A stretch of DNA of 64,000 bases from positions 1,426,001 through 1,490,000 of the forward strand of contig OZ038378.1 in the NCBI GenBank assembly GCA_964036045.1, read 5' to 3'. Source of the DNA: Eutreptiella sp. 'Long Island Sound 2002'. Taxonomy: Eukaryota > Protista > Euglenida. The notes beneath the pieces are model-generated. The model ran no database searches and was not told where the DNA came from. It saw only the letters and a list, made by a program, of their open reading frames with translations. Below, piece after piece: positions 38,993-52,029 of the stretch (position 1 is the first letter of the stretch; each line of letters begins with the position of its first letter). The translations under genes were made by a program, and so were the position numbers.

Positions 38993-39380
38993 AAATCACC
39001 TCGAAGAGAGGCTTTAGATCAAGCGCAGGTGCGCTTGCCAGACACCCGCCCCCTTTTGGGGGGTCATTCACGCAGCATACCCCAAGGCATGGTATCGGTA
39101 TCCCTTCTAAAATCATCATTTTGGGACAGAAAATGATCCCCCAATGATTTTTCGGATTGTGACCCCTCTACCCCCCCCCCCCGAACTTGGGTACGCCTTC
39201 TGGGGTGGGGTGGGGTGGGGGTCAAATCACCTCGAAGAGGGTTGTTAGATCAAGCGCAGGTGCGTACGCCATATACCCCCCTTTTTTGGGGTCATTCGCG
39301 TACAATACCCCAAGGTATGGTACCGGATGTCCAACCCCTTGTAAAATCATCATTTTAGGAGAGAAAATGATCCCCCAATG
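38993..39380. repeat. Two direct copies of a ~155-bp segment (38993-39146, 39225-39380)
   Basis: aaatcacctcgaagag...tagatcaagcgcaggtgcg...aaaatgatcccccaatga occurs twice. Confidence 0.8.
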
Positions 39381-39939
39381 AATTTTTCGTTTTTGACCCA
39401 TTTAGCCCCCCGTACCCGGGTACCCCGTTTTGGGGGGGTGGGGGGGGGTGGGGGTGTCGGGGGGGGGGGGGTCAAAACTTCTTTGCGTATTCTGGGTGCT
39501 GTGTGTGGATTTGGACCCAGGTCCCGGGCAACTTTTTTCTTGTACATGGACCCCCTAACCCATGGCGGGGATCCCGGGTCCGAACTCCAGGTACCCCCGG
39601 TCGCCCCCCCCTTATGGGCCCTTGCTAGTGAGGACTTAGCCGTTTTCACGCTGGATAAGGCTGTTTAGTGACACCTGCAAGATTTCCAAAAATTCGACTT
39701 TTTCCAAAACCCTTTTGTTGCCCCTGGGATGGGTTTGGGTGATGATTTAGTGACAATACGGGTACTTGAGCACCCAGGGGGACCCACGTTGTGGCCGCTG
39801 GGCCTATGTAGCCCGTGCCACGGGCCCCCCAAAAGCTTCAAAATTGCTGTTTGTAGGTGGTTCAATGGCATTTGGTGTGAGCACAAACCGCTTACGCAGT
39901 TTTCAACCCTTTACAAGTCAAAAATGGAAAATTTTGCAA

Positions 39940-40780
39940 AGCATTTTTTTGATATTGTGACCACTTACAATGATGAAATATGCTATGTAAAGCATGTTTT
40001 AGCCCCCTTTTATGTCTTTTTCACCCTATTTGGGTGTGGGGGGGGGGGGGGGCTCCCAAGGGGTCTAGGGCGCAACTTGCTTATGCAATTTTCCCGCCTC
40101 AGCAGCTCAAAAATGGAAATTTTCTGAAACTGATTTTTTTTGATACTTTGACCATCCAAAATGATCAAATATCCCATGTGAAGCATGTTTTAGCCCCCTC
40201 TTATGCGTTTTTCACACTATTTGGGTGTTGCGGGTGGGGTGGCTCCCAAGGGGTCCAGGGCACAACTTGCTTATGCAGTTTTCCACCCTCGGCGGCTCAA
40301 AAATGGAAATTTCCGAAGCCGGTTTTTTTGATATTCTGACCATTCACAATGACTAAATATCCTATGTAAAGCATCTTTTAGACCCCACTTATGTGTTTTT
40401 CACCCTATTTGGGCGTTTGGAGGGGGGCAAGGGGGCCGGGGCACAACCTGCTAATGCAGTTTTCCACCCTTGGCGGCTCAAAAATGGAAATTTCCGAAGC
40501 TGTTTTTTTGATGTTTTGACCATTCACAGTGATTCAATATCCTATGTAAAGCATCTTTTAGACCCTCTTTATGTGTTTTTCATCCGCCGTGCACCACAGG
40601 CGGGGGGCAATCAGCCCGGGGGGAAGGCGCAGAACTCTGAGATCGGCCCTTTCCCCCCAGCCCCTCGACCTCTGTACATAGGCTCATGGACAGTAAAAGC
40701 GCAATACCCTCTTTATGTGTTTTTCATCCTATTCGGGTGTTTGGAGGGGCGCAAGGGGCTGGGGAACAGCTTGCTTATGC
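39940..40780. repeat. ~180-190-bp tandem repeat family (4-5 copies), truncated at 40780 by the Helitron; related sequence at 39490-39610 recurs at 56780-56900
   Basis: aagcat(g/c)tttta at ~39990, 40181, 40369, 40548; cttgcttatgca.tttt...gctcaaaaatgg in the intact units. Confidence 0.85.
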
Positions 40781-40799
40781 CGGCAGGGCAGCTCGTTGA

Positions 40800-41505
40800 C
40801 GTACATGGGACACGTAGGAATTTGGGAAGCTTAAAACACATTGTTGTTCTAAGTTTCGGAGTGCCAAAAATGTACACGGATACGCGCAATGCAACTCCAT
40901 CATTGTTGACCATTCGTTATTTTTCGACACACACATTATTGGCAACTAGGGACATGTAGGGCAATATAAATGACGTACATGTGGATATGCGCAATGCTAC
41001 CCCATCGTTGTAGACCGTTCGTCTTTTTTCAAGGCACACCTTATTGGCCACTAGGGAGATGTAGGGCAAGTGTTGCGATGCAAGTGCTGGTGACGCGTAG
41101 GAATTTGGGCAACTTAAAACACATTGTTGTTCAAAGTTTCGGAGTGCCAAAAATGTACATGGGGATATGCGCAATGCAACCCTATCATTGTTGACTTTTT
41201 ATCATCCCTCCATGCACACACGCATTGTTGTTCAAAGTTTCGGAGTGCCAAAAATGTACATGGGGATATGCGCAATGCAACCCCATCATTGTTGACTTTG
41301 TATCATCCCTCCATGCACACACGCATTGTTGTTCAAAGTTTCGGAGTGCCAAAAACGTACACGGGGATATGCGCAATGCAACCCCTTTATTAACTTTGTA
41401 TCATCCCTCCATGCACACACGCATTGTTGTTCAAAGTTTCGGAGTGCCAAAAACATACATGGGGATATGCGCAATGCAACCCCACCGTTGTTGAACTTTT
41501 ATCAT
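40800..41505. repeat. Left subterminal array, ~101-bp unit (4 clean plus 2-3 diverged copies)
   Basis: cattgttgttcaaagtttcggagtgccaaaaa...gatatgcgcaatgcaacc; period 101 (41221 to 41322). Confidence 0.9.
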
Positions 41506-42470
41506 CCCTCCATTATTGGCAATTAGAGTCATGTAAGACAAGTGTTTCAAAGCAAGTGTTGCCGTAAGCGTAGGAATTCGGGTAACATCCAACACATTGC
41601 CGTTTAAGGTAACATGCAACACATTGTCCCCCGAAGTTTTGGGGTGTTAAAACTCTTTCATGGGGCCAATTGTGCACATATTGAAGATGTGTTTTGTTGT
41701 GGAGGCGGGCCTCAAGCGGATTAAATCTTTGGCTCATATTATTGAGGGGAGACCACTCAACGCATGTGAACTGCAATAAATGCCCAGCCATGTGAATAAC
41801 ACATAGTCGGGGATTTGTAGCTTTACAAGAACCTGCCAATTGTCGGCACATTAAAGCTTTACGATAACCTGCCAATTGTCGTCACATTGCAGTTGCTATT
41901 TTTCTTGTGTAGGCGCACCTCAAGCAACGATGATGCCGAATGAATTGGACATTGTTATTACCTTTGCAATGTTTTTGAGTTTTTGTGCTCATGCAATGTC
42001 ATAGTCATCACGTTAATTGTGTGTAGCAGCAAATGGGCAAATCTCGTTGAATGCAACTTCGTATTGATGCGTAATGATAGCAATAAGTTACGGTTTCAAA
42101 TTGCATATGCATTCTTTTATAGACAGAAACGTGGAATGCAATCCCAAATGAATCATGAAATGCAACTTGATGTCGTTTTGAGTGTGTGGCATTTTGGTGC
42201 TAAGCAAACAAAGCCGTGCCCACTATCACGTGATGTAGCTACTTTGTGGGCATAGTGGATGCATCATTTTGGAGTCACTATGCAATGGGCAAGGGGCAAA
42301 GGTATGATGTGTTTGGGAAATGCGCAATGCAATTCCACTCACACCCTTCTGATTCCATGTTGATACTTCTTTGCATCACCTGCATAATGTTGCTGCTTGT
42401 ATACACTCTTCGCGCGCTAGGCTCTTCTTTGTTGTCCATCTCTATCAAACCATCCGTCTAAGTTTTCCTG

Positions 42471-45400
42471 ATGAGTGACATGCTGTCAAATCATTTTGGA
42501 ATGCAGTGGAGGTCAAACAGCTGCTTTGCTGCAGCGGTGGTGCAACTATTGGCCGCCGTTCAAGGATTTCAGCAAACCTTTGCTCGTGACTTGGAGGCCA
42601 TGGTTTCGCATGACCTTGAACGGCACGCTTTGGAGGACCTGTTGCTGGCCTTGTCGCAATGCACCACGGATGGTCATCCGGCAGTTCATCGCTACACCTA
42701 TGGCGCGGAAACGGATTGCCATCAACAACTACGCATCTCCGTATCAAAAGTTGCTAACACCTATGCAGCTTTCCACCCCTCCGTTGGACGGCAACAAGAT
42801 GCCCATGAATTATTATCGCTATTGTTCTCATGGATCTTTGCTTTGTTGCACCAACACCCCTCAATCGACAACATCTCGCATGATCAAGCGTCCCATTTGT
42901 TTGGTACACCTTGCATAGAACGGCGCACACGGTTGTCGCAATACTTTCCTCGCCTACCGGATACTTACAGTTTCATTGGGTCATCGATCCTTCAGCGGAC
43001 CACCTGTCGGATCTGCTCATATGAATCAACGCGTCTGATGGTGGAGGGCAGTTGTTGGTGCATTTATGCAACCCACGTTGATGGGCTGTGTGGGGCGATT
43101 CGTGAATTCTTTGCTCCGCATCCGCTTGATGGTGAGTGTCATCAATGCAACCAACAGGGTGCAAGGTTCCAACAACGCATGATATTTCATGTGTCCAAAT
43201 TTGTTTTCTTTCACGTGTCGCTATTCGATTTTTCGCGATAAAAGGGGACGAAAGCTACCCTGCAATTACAATGCTCCACTCCGCCTTACCATTCCGGGTA
43301 CCATAAACGGGAACCACAGCCAGTACTTGCATCTCGTACTGCGAGGATTCTTGTTGCATAGCGGCAACAGCCTCACTAGTGGGCATTACGTGGCAGTAAC
43401 ACAACATAGTGGCATGTGGTACTTGTGCGACGACGACGATGTGCATGTTATTGCCGACCCACACGCGTGGTTGCAGGAAAATCGTGAGTTCACTCCGTAC
43501 ATCTTCTTATTTGAATCCACGCTTAGCGATGCTCCCGAAGAACGTGTGGGTGCTTCTCCTATGTGGGCTATGCGTGAGCAACCAACGCTTGCTAGCTCTT
43601 CCGCAACGTCCCCGGATTCCGCAGCATCGTCGACAAATGGTGACAGTGATTCATCTTCATCATGCTCGGTTGTGTCGTCATCCTCAACCATCACCTCGTC
43701 ATCATGTTGTGGTGAATCGTCAACCGAATCCGCATCATCGCAGACCACAAACGAATCAAATGGCCCCCATGACACTACCATGGGTAATACTGTCCTTGGA
43801 GTGCTTTCGAGTTCATTGTCTCCGGCTCCGTACGCCAAGTTGGAAGAGTTGGTGGAGTTTGTGTCGTGTGCACTTTCCGATGTCCCAACAATTCCATGGG
43901 AGTTCCAATCGCGTCTTGACGAAGTTCGGAAGAGCGCTTGTTCTTTGCCACCTGTACACTGTGCATTCCGCAAGTGTGAATGGAAAGGATCAGACAATGC
44001 ATCGCTCACCACCCATCTACGACTTGCCCATGCTCCCTTTTTTGCTAAGTTGCAAGGGGTCGTGGACATGGGTAATGTCGGACTTCAATTACGGGATGTA
44101 TACGACGAAGCGATTGCATTCAAGGAGCGCCAAAAAATGCCCCTTGTCGGTGCCGGGATTGATCAACGGTGTGCAATGGCTTTTGAGCTGCGCTACAAGG
44201 ATGCCAACATCATGTCTCTGGTGTGTTTCATTTGTGCGCAAATATTTTCCGTGGATTTCGGGTGTTCTGGAAACCCACCCATCAAGTGGCAACATGTCTT
44301 CAATGACGCAGACGGTGGTTCTTTTTGCGGTATGAACCAAGAACAAACGGAACGCCTCCTTGGAATGTCCACTTACTTGGCAACATACGGCACGTCGAAC
44401 CCGGCCATGGAACACCAACTTCAAGCTAGTTGGAAACTCATTGTTCCGTTTTCTTCAACACATGTACATATTATTGGTTGTGGTGAAGATCGACGTTGTT
44501 CTCAATGCCCCAAAGATCCACACGGTGCCGTCTTGTTCATTCATCCTCTTTGTACATCGTGCCAACTACCCGTGTGTGCATCCTGCGAAAAAGCCATCGT
44601 CCGTACACGGCCACGCTTACCAACCTTGGCATTGGCAAATGAGATGTTCGTGGGGTACATGTATGACTACATCTATTTGCAAGGCGTGACTTATGTTGAG
44701 CTATTGTGCAGCAGTGTCATGAACACGGCCATGTTAAGTTTGGTGTTGGAAAAGTTTGGGGAGCGTGTGACAGGTGCCAGTAAAGCACACCAAGCGGGGG
44801 TACGCCTGGGTGCCAAAGGCAATGTCACATGTTTTGCGTTGCCATGGGAGGATGTGTTATCCATCTTCAACACAACCGACGGCAATGTCCCTTTGCCACG
44901 CCTTGGCAGCGATTTGAAAGGTTTGGTGCAAGTTTTGGTGGAAAGTAACAACGGCGCTGATGTCCAAGTGGTTGTCCAACGTGCTAGGGTAAGACGTGCT
45001 GTTGTCGTGCACTTGATTCGCACTATGGTGGAATCACGGCACCCCGCGTATGCTCGTGTTGATTTGGCACATATGGAACAACGTGCCTCGCATCTGCCGG
45101 TGGATGGTATACCCCCGGAAATTGTGGCTATTGTTGACCCCCCACAACACCACAAACAATCTCCTAGGGGGAAGGCAGCTGTTCCCGACGCCCAACCGCT
45201 AGTAGTTGATGGAGACCCATTCCTTGGCCATACTATTGGGGTCCAATTGGACGGCTTTAGCAGTTGCGCCATGGATACCAATGAGCAACGCATCAATGCT
45301 ATTCATAGCGTGGCCGAACAACTTGGTGTTGAAGATCAAGGCAAATGCCAGTTTGCCGATGCTTCCGATGATGACGACGGTGCTACCGCCACCGAAGGTG

Positions 45401-48400
45401 TACCCCGTGTTCACATCAAGACGGGCTCCGCTATGCAAGATCAATTTGACCCAATGTTTGTTGTCTTGGCATTCGCGTTTCTATTCCGCTTTGGGGTTGG
45501 AACACCCGATATTGCACACGGAGCTAGATCGAGAAGAGACGTCGGTGCACCAATTGTCTCATTGTGGGACTATTCGGCCGCGTTGTTGACACGCATTGAG
45601 GGTCAATTTCGTCGAGATTGGGTCTTCATGTTTGCGATGTGGAATTTGCTTTTCCGGACCGTGGTCAATACCAGTAAATACATCTTTCGCAACCAAACAG
45701 CAAAGGCCGGGCCACTTGACACCAACCACATATCGGGGCAGCAATTCTGCGATGCAGCCAAAGCAATCACGCAAGGTCTAGCGGCCAAATACCGTGCGGT
45801 TGATGGCTCTTTCCGAGCAGTGAATGGGGATCTTTCGAAGGTCGCTTACGTAGAAGGTTTGCCTGATCTATCACAAGACATTTTACGGAATGTGCACAAT
45901 GTCACGCGACGCATCGAAGGCACTCACGAGATCCGCCGCCTCATGCGTCATGAAGTTACTGCATATTGCATCTTTCATGGAGCACCCTTGTTGGTTACGT
46001 TCTCCCCAAACGAAAAACACAATGCCGTCATGCTTCGACTCTCTCGAACAGGACGGCATGATCCCATCGCTTTGGCTCAACCGTGGCAAAAACAATGGTG
46101 CGGGCATGATTCTCCCTCACTAGAGATACCCATGGATGATGTGTTGGCCGCCATCCCTACATATGAGCAGCGTGCACTTCTGCTTTCGCAAGATCCACTT
46201 GCTTGTGTGTCCGGGTTTCGTGTACTAGTTCGCTTGCTATTGGCTACCGTATTTGGGGTCCGCACTTGTTTGCATTGTCCGGCTTGTAACTCCCCTTCAG
46301 GCCAAAATCCATGTGCCAACTTCTTTGGCTCAGTGGCTTTGAGCGTTGGTGGTGGGGTTGGTTGTGTTGATGCACACTATGGAGGCGTAGAAAACCAAAA
46401 GTCCAGTGCATTGCACATCCATTGGGTGCTTTTCTTGCAATGCCTTAGCCAGTTCCTGTCTCTCGCAGAAATTGCAGCTCGCATACGTGCACAAGGTAAA
46501 AGTCTTTTGGAACAATACTCCGCTTTTAAATCCCACGTGTCTTGTGAGGAGTACTATGATGTTGCAGCTTTCTCCTTCCGTCGCCAAGGGCTCGAGAATG
46601 CTTGGCCCATGTATGCATCCGATTTGTCGTTCATACGACGGTCACGCTTGTTAGACGTGACAAACCAACTGCGTTCCAATAGCGATATGAAGACTATCCA
46701 GCTGTGGAACAGTCAATACCGAGCCGGCGTGCAATACAACCAGGAGCATTGGCAACATCATGTTCATCCGCTGGTTGATGGCACTGGGGAAAGACGATTG
46801 CTCCCAGGTTGTGTCCGAAAGGGTGAGTCCAACGGCTGCAAGTCACGTTTTCCGAGAACGGCCGAGATACATACCGATGTTGTTGTCCTCTGTTCGGGTT
46901 TGGCTAGCCAGTATGGGTTGCCCACAAGTGGCCAACGTAATGCACTCGGCATGCTCCATGGCCCCCGAAACGAGCCGAATCTTAATGGCACACTCCCCAT
47001 TCTCACGGCATTGTTCAAATGCAATAGTGGCGTACAAGTTGTGTACCGCGTCCCAATTTGTGATATCACCCATTCGCAACATTGCCTGACTCCGGATGAG
47101 TGCAAAGCACATTTTGAAGCAAATAGCAAGGACATTGAGTTGGCTTTACAATGCGCCCAAGATAGTGCAATTGGGTACTTTTGTGACTATGCCACAAAGC
47201 GACAACCCGTTGCAACCAAGGAGATTAAGCGATGGATGACGGGGCATGATCGCCTTGCTGTTGATCTAAAGGCGTCCCGCCGTGGTGAGAGTGTCCAATA
47301 CATAGCGTGTCGCCATACTCAACGCTTCCTTAGTGATTCCCAAGCAAGGGGTACTGCAAGGGGTGGGGTTGAGGTGGTCAATCTCATTTGCAATCGCGCG
47401 GAACACGACGTCACTGCCGCGGAATCTTTCAAATCCGCTATTACCACTAATTTCGCTGGCAAGAATTTTGTAGCCCTTCTTGAAGCTATGTGTCTAAAGC
47501 AACGACCAGCTTCCGCTATTCGTCGAGTTCCACTACGAGTCACCAAGCACGGGAAGTTTGCTACTCTTCAGCCAGTTCCCGACATTGCCACAATCTATGG
47601 ATATCGTGGTACCGATTGCCGTGTTCATTTCTTGGCCGCATATGAATTTGTTTCTTGCTGGACAGTGGCTCCTGTCGCAGTTCCCCTAAATCCCCGCACA
47701 AAGAACGGTGATCCTACTTACCACGTCGATTTAACAGATGAAGGACGGGCGTTCATTTGCCAACAAAAAAGTGCCAAGACCGATTATGTGCTGGAACGTG
47801 GGTGCCATTTCACCATTCAAGAATCTGGGGGAATTGATTGGCTACCATTTCCAGACATTGCTCCGTTATCTGTCATTCGTCACCTTTGGGTCATGGTGCG
47901 CAATCCGCGCCCTGTTGTACCAAAGTTTACGGCCTCTCCCATGGCGGTGAACGCTAATCCAGAGCTATCGGCCAAAGTATACACCGCCTATTTTCGACCT
48001 TGGGTTGCTCACAAAGATCATGCATCCCAACATGTGCCGCATATTTCAGCCCTATGTGATGGTCAACATCGTTTTTTGTCCAAGTGGGGTTCATACTCGG
48101 CTGGAAACATCTTGACGCAGCGACTCAAGCGATTCATACATCAATTTATGTGTGTTTGTAGGATTCGCGACCGTGATGATTTTCAAGATGAGCCCAAGGC
48201 CGATCCCGTCTACTCCTCTTTTCAACTTCCGCGCTCTCACCTCGACGCAGCCCTGAATACGCATGTTAGCCGACCTCCAAAGCGTCCCGACGGTGAACAG
48301 GCCTCGAAGCCCACCAAGGCGCAAAGAAGACATGCCGTGCATGCCCAATCGTCATTGTGTGCCATTGATCTAGCCAAGCGTGCATGGAGTCTACCAACCA

Positions 48401-51400
48401 CGTGCGCAACGCCGTGCAAGGCTGCAACTCCCGCACCAAGTTTTCATAACTTGACTCGATTAATGAAAGCGGCCCGTGGGGACGGTGACCAATCGGCGAT
48501 ACGTGGCGCATCCGGCACCCGGACTCCACACGCTGCCTCCTATCCTCCTTTAACACACGCCAAGATTGATGAAGCTTATGAGGTATGCGCTACGAAGCTC
48601 AATAAAGGGCAACAGACAGTATTGCACGTGGTTGCCGTGCGTGTCAAAGAAGAGCTGGACGACAAGCTCCAAGAGTCCGTCGGCAAAAGCGAGCCTCTCC
48701 GCTGGTTAGTACATGGTGAACCTGGTACTGGTAAGTCGTGGTTGTATCATGTGCTTGCGGAATTCCTCGACATGCTAGGCTTCATCAAAGATGTCCACTA
48801 CGCATTTGCAGCATTCCAAGGAAGAATGGCCCGTTCTATTGGGGGTGGCACGTTGCATCGGCTTGTTGGCCTAGGGTTGCGTAGTTCAAGCACGTCGTCT
48901 GCCACCGAAACCATTCTCTTCGTCCGTCAGTTTACTTTGCGTTGGCTCTTTATTGATGAAATTAGCATGGTGTCCCCGCGATTGCATGCCCCAGTAGAGT
49001 CCCGCTTGCGCACTTACACCCAAGCAGCAGGCACTTACAAGCATGCTCCGAATGGACATATCCGTTCCTTTGGTGGTTTGAACGTCATTGAAAGTGGAGA
49101 CTTTTGGCAACTACCACCACCCGGTGAAGGCCACTCACTTATGACTATACCTCCATGGTTAGATGACGGAAATGAAAAGGTGATTAGTGCCTTAATTCGC
49201 CAAGGGCTAGAATTATTATGGGGTACCGATGCCTTAGGCATAGCGGGCATGACAGAATTGACGGAGAATATGCGCTTCAAGGACGATGCCGAGTTTCAAG
49301 CCGTGCTAAAGCAATGTCGCCACGGTGTCTTGTCAACAACCGGGTTTGACAGCTTAAGAGAGCTCATCCTCACCAATGAACTGGATCCACGCCTAAGAGA
49401 AGAACTTTTTGCAAATGCAGCTGTGATTGTAGCCACCAACGATTTGAAGTACGCCATCAACAAGCAACGTTCGCAGCTATTTGCCGTACAACAAGCAAAG
49501 CGCCTCACTTGGTGCCCCGCCTCGGACAAACCTGCCACGGACAACATTGGTGTTGTTACCTCCAATCAGTATGTGCATTGGCTGCAATATCATGACCGTT
49601 GGACGGCGTCGTTGTATGGCATGCTACCTTTAGTGGAAGGCCTTCCGGTGTTGTTGACCCATCATATTGATCCCTCTACCGAAAAGAATTTGTTGAAGGG
49701 CACAGAGTGCACCCTTCATAGTTGGGTTTGTGATCCTCGCGAACCTGTCGATGATGGAGAAAATGATGCCCGCATTCTTCAATTCCTTCCTTTGGTGGTC
49801 TTTGTAAAGGTGTTGCATGCCACATGGACTGTACCCGGGTTGCAACAACCTGGTCTTTATCCATTACGGCCAATTCCACAAACATGGTACTTGGATCACA
49901 AGAAGGAGCATCCGGTTCTCTCGGTAAATCGCCGCCAATTGCCCATTGCTCCGGCTTTTGGTGTTACGACACACTTCTCACAAGGCGAAACTAGACGCAA
50001 GGCACTCGTGGATTTGACGGGTGATTTCCTACAATGCTACGTGGCAATCAGCCGTGTGCGGTCCGCAAAAGATCTTTTGATTTATCGTCCATTTGATCCA
50101 AAGGTCTTTCAGCAAGGTGATCCCCCCGGACCAAAACGCCTTTTGGAAGTGTTGCGTGAGAAAACACTCACATTTATACAATCCACAAAGCGCAATGACA
50201 TTCACGTGTCCACCCAATGCATCGATTGCGGTTGTTGGGATTATCAGAACATTCACAGTGACCGTTTACCAACACGTGACCCATTTCGTTGTCCTACGTG
50301 TCAAACCGGAAATTGTACATCCAAATGGTGCCGGTCTTGTGGCATTTCTAAGCCCCATGTTGCTTACTCTGGTGCCAACTGGCGTGCTAGTTACGAACTC
50401 CGCCAATGTAAGTTGTGTCGAGCAGGTGCCACCACTAGGATGTGCAAGGAGTGCAACCAGTTGCGCCTTGCAGCCGAGTTTGGAAAGGAAGACACTTGCA
50501 AGCGGTGCACAAAACGCACTTGTACATCGTGCGGGCAATCATGTTTGGCATGCGAATTCGGCAAGGAAGGCAGGTGTGGACGGTGCACAACCCACACGTG
50601 TCCATCGTGCAAGCAGTCACGTTTAGCATCTGAATTCGGCAACAATGGCAAATGTGGACACTGCACAACCCGCGTGTGTCCATCCTGCAACAAGTCCCGT
50701 CTAGCATGCGCATTCAGCAAGGATGGAAAGTGCGGCCAATGCACAACCCGCGTGTGTCCATCCTGCAACAAGTGCCGCATGGCATGCGAATTCAGCAAGG
50801 ATGGAAAGTGCAGCCAATGCACAACCCGCGTGTGTCCATCCTGCAACAAGTGCCGCATGGCATGCGAATTTAGCAAGGACGGAATGTGCGGCCAATGCAC
50901 AACCCGCGTGTGTCCATCCTGCAAAAAGTCCCGTGTGGCATGTGAATTCGACAAGGACGGAAAATGTCGGCAATGCACAACCCGTGTGTGTCCGTCCTGC
51001 AACAAGTCCCGTTTGGCATGCGAATTCAGCAAGGACGGAAAGTGCGGCCAATGCACGACCCGCACATGTCCATCCTGCAACAAGTCCCGCATGGCATGCG
51101 AATTCAGCAAGGACGGAAAGTGCAACCAATGCACAACCCGCGTGTGTCCATCCTGCAAAAAGTCCCGTGTGGCATGTGAATTCGACAAGGACGGAAAATG
51201 TCGGCAATGCACGACCCGCACATGTCCATCCTGCAACATGTCCCGTTTGGCATGCGAAATCAACAAGCAGGGGATGTGCAAGAGTTGCAAAGCTACGAAG
51301 AGTCCTTCTTTGTTTCGTTGCGCTCAATGTGATGCACAATTCCCTAAGACACAATTCAGTGCAACTGAATTCCGGAATGGGTTGCAACGGCGTTGTAAGA

Positions 51401-51777
51401 AGTGCATGGTTGGTCATCATCCAAAAAGCCCACAACACCTAGCTTTGAACTGTTCATCATGCGATATCGTGAGGCCACGTGACTGGTTTTCAAAGAAGCA
51501 GTGGGACAAGGGAAGATCGAAGCGTTGCAAGCTTTGCGTGACACCATCAAAGGCTTCAGCACAAGGTTCACCTTCTTGCATCACACCAACCTCTGCAACT
51601 CCTCCAAGTTCGCCGACCATACTTTCTACCATAGCAACCCCCTTGGATGGGCAAAGTGCTCCCTCTACCCACAAGCAGAGTGGAGCAAAAAGGTCCCTCG
51701 ACGACGTGCTCCAACATGGCAACCACGGCGACAGACCGTCCAAAGATCCTCCCTCAAAAAGGCAACGCAAATCGTAG
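42471..51777 (+). CDS. USP(C19)-C2H2/Cys fingers-DUF6570-like-HUH Rep-PIF1 helicase-Stc1-like zinc-finger repeats polyprotein (~3100 aa; +1 slip at T5 43229-43233)
   Basis: USP: GMQWRSNSCFAAAVVQLL (Cys 42522), QQDAHELL, HSGNSLTSGHYVA (His 43384), WYLCDD (Asp 43429). Rep: APLLVTFSP, VENQKSSALHIHW (46387-46425), YFCDYATK (47176-47199). Helicase: HGEPGTGKS (48712-48738), FIDEISMV, GDFWQLPP, LTENMR, TTHFSQGET, YVAISRV. No AP-endonuclease domain seen. Confidence 0.92.
50440..51290 (+). repeat. In-frame 78-bp (26-aa) Cys-rich repeat, 11 copies
   Basis: TTRVCPSCNKSRLACEFSKDGKCGQC units; period 78 (50662 to 50740). Flanked by longer CxxC..FS..Q/W..RCxxC fingers. Confidence 0.95.
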
Positions 51778-52029
51778 ACAGCAATCTCCATCAACCACAC
51801 CGTGTTCAACTTCCGGAGAATATTCTTCAGCAAATTAGCCGCCGGGCATTTGTAGCTTTGGAAACGTCAAATGTGTTTCACCTGAGATGACTGGACTCAA
51901 GTAAAAGCATTGGCTTGAGCTTCGCAGCTGGTGGCGCCAGTAGCAATATAGTCTTTTGCGGTCGCTTGCCAAAGGCCGAAGGGTGAGTCGCATTTTGTGG
52001 TGAAAACGGTTCGGCTGCCTCTGGGAACT

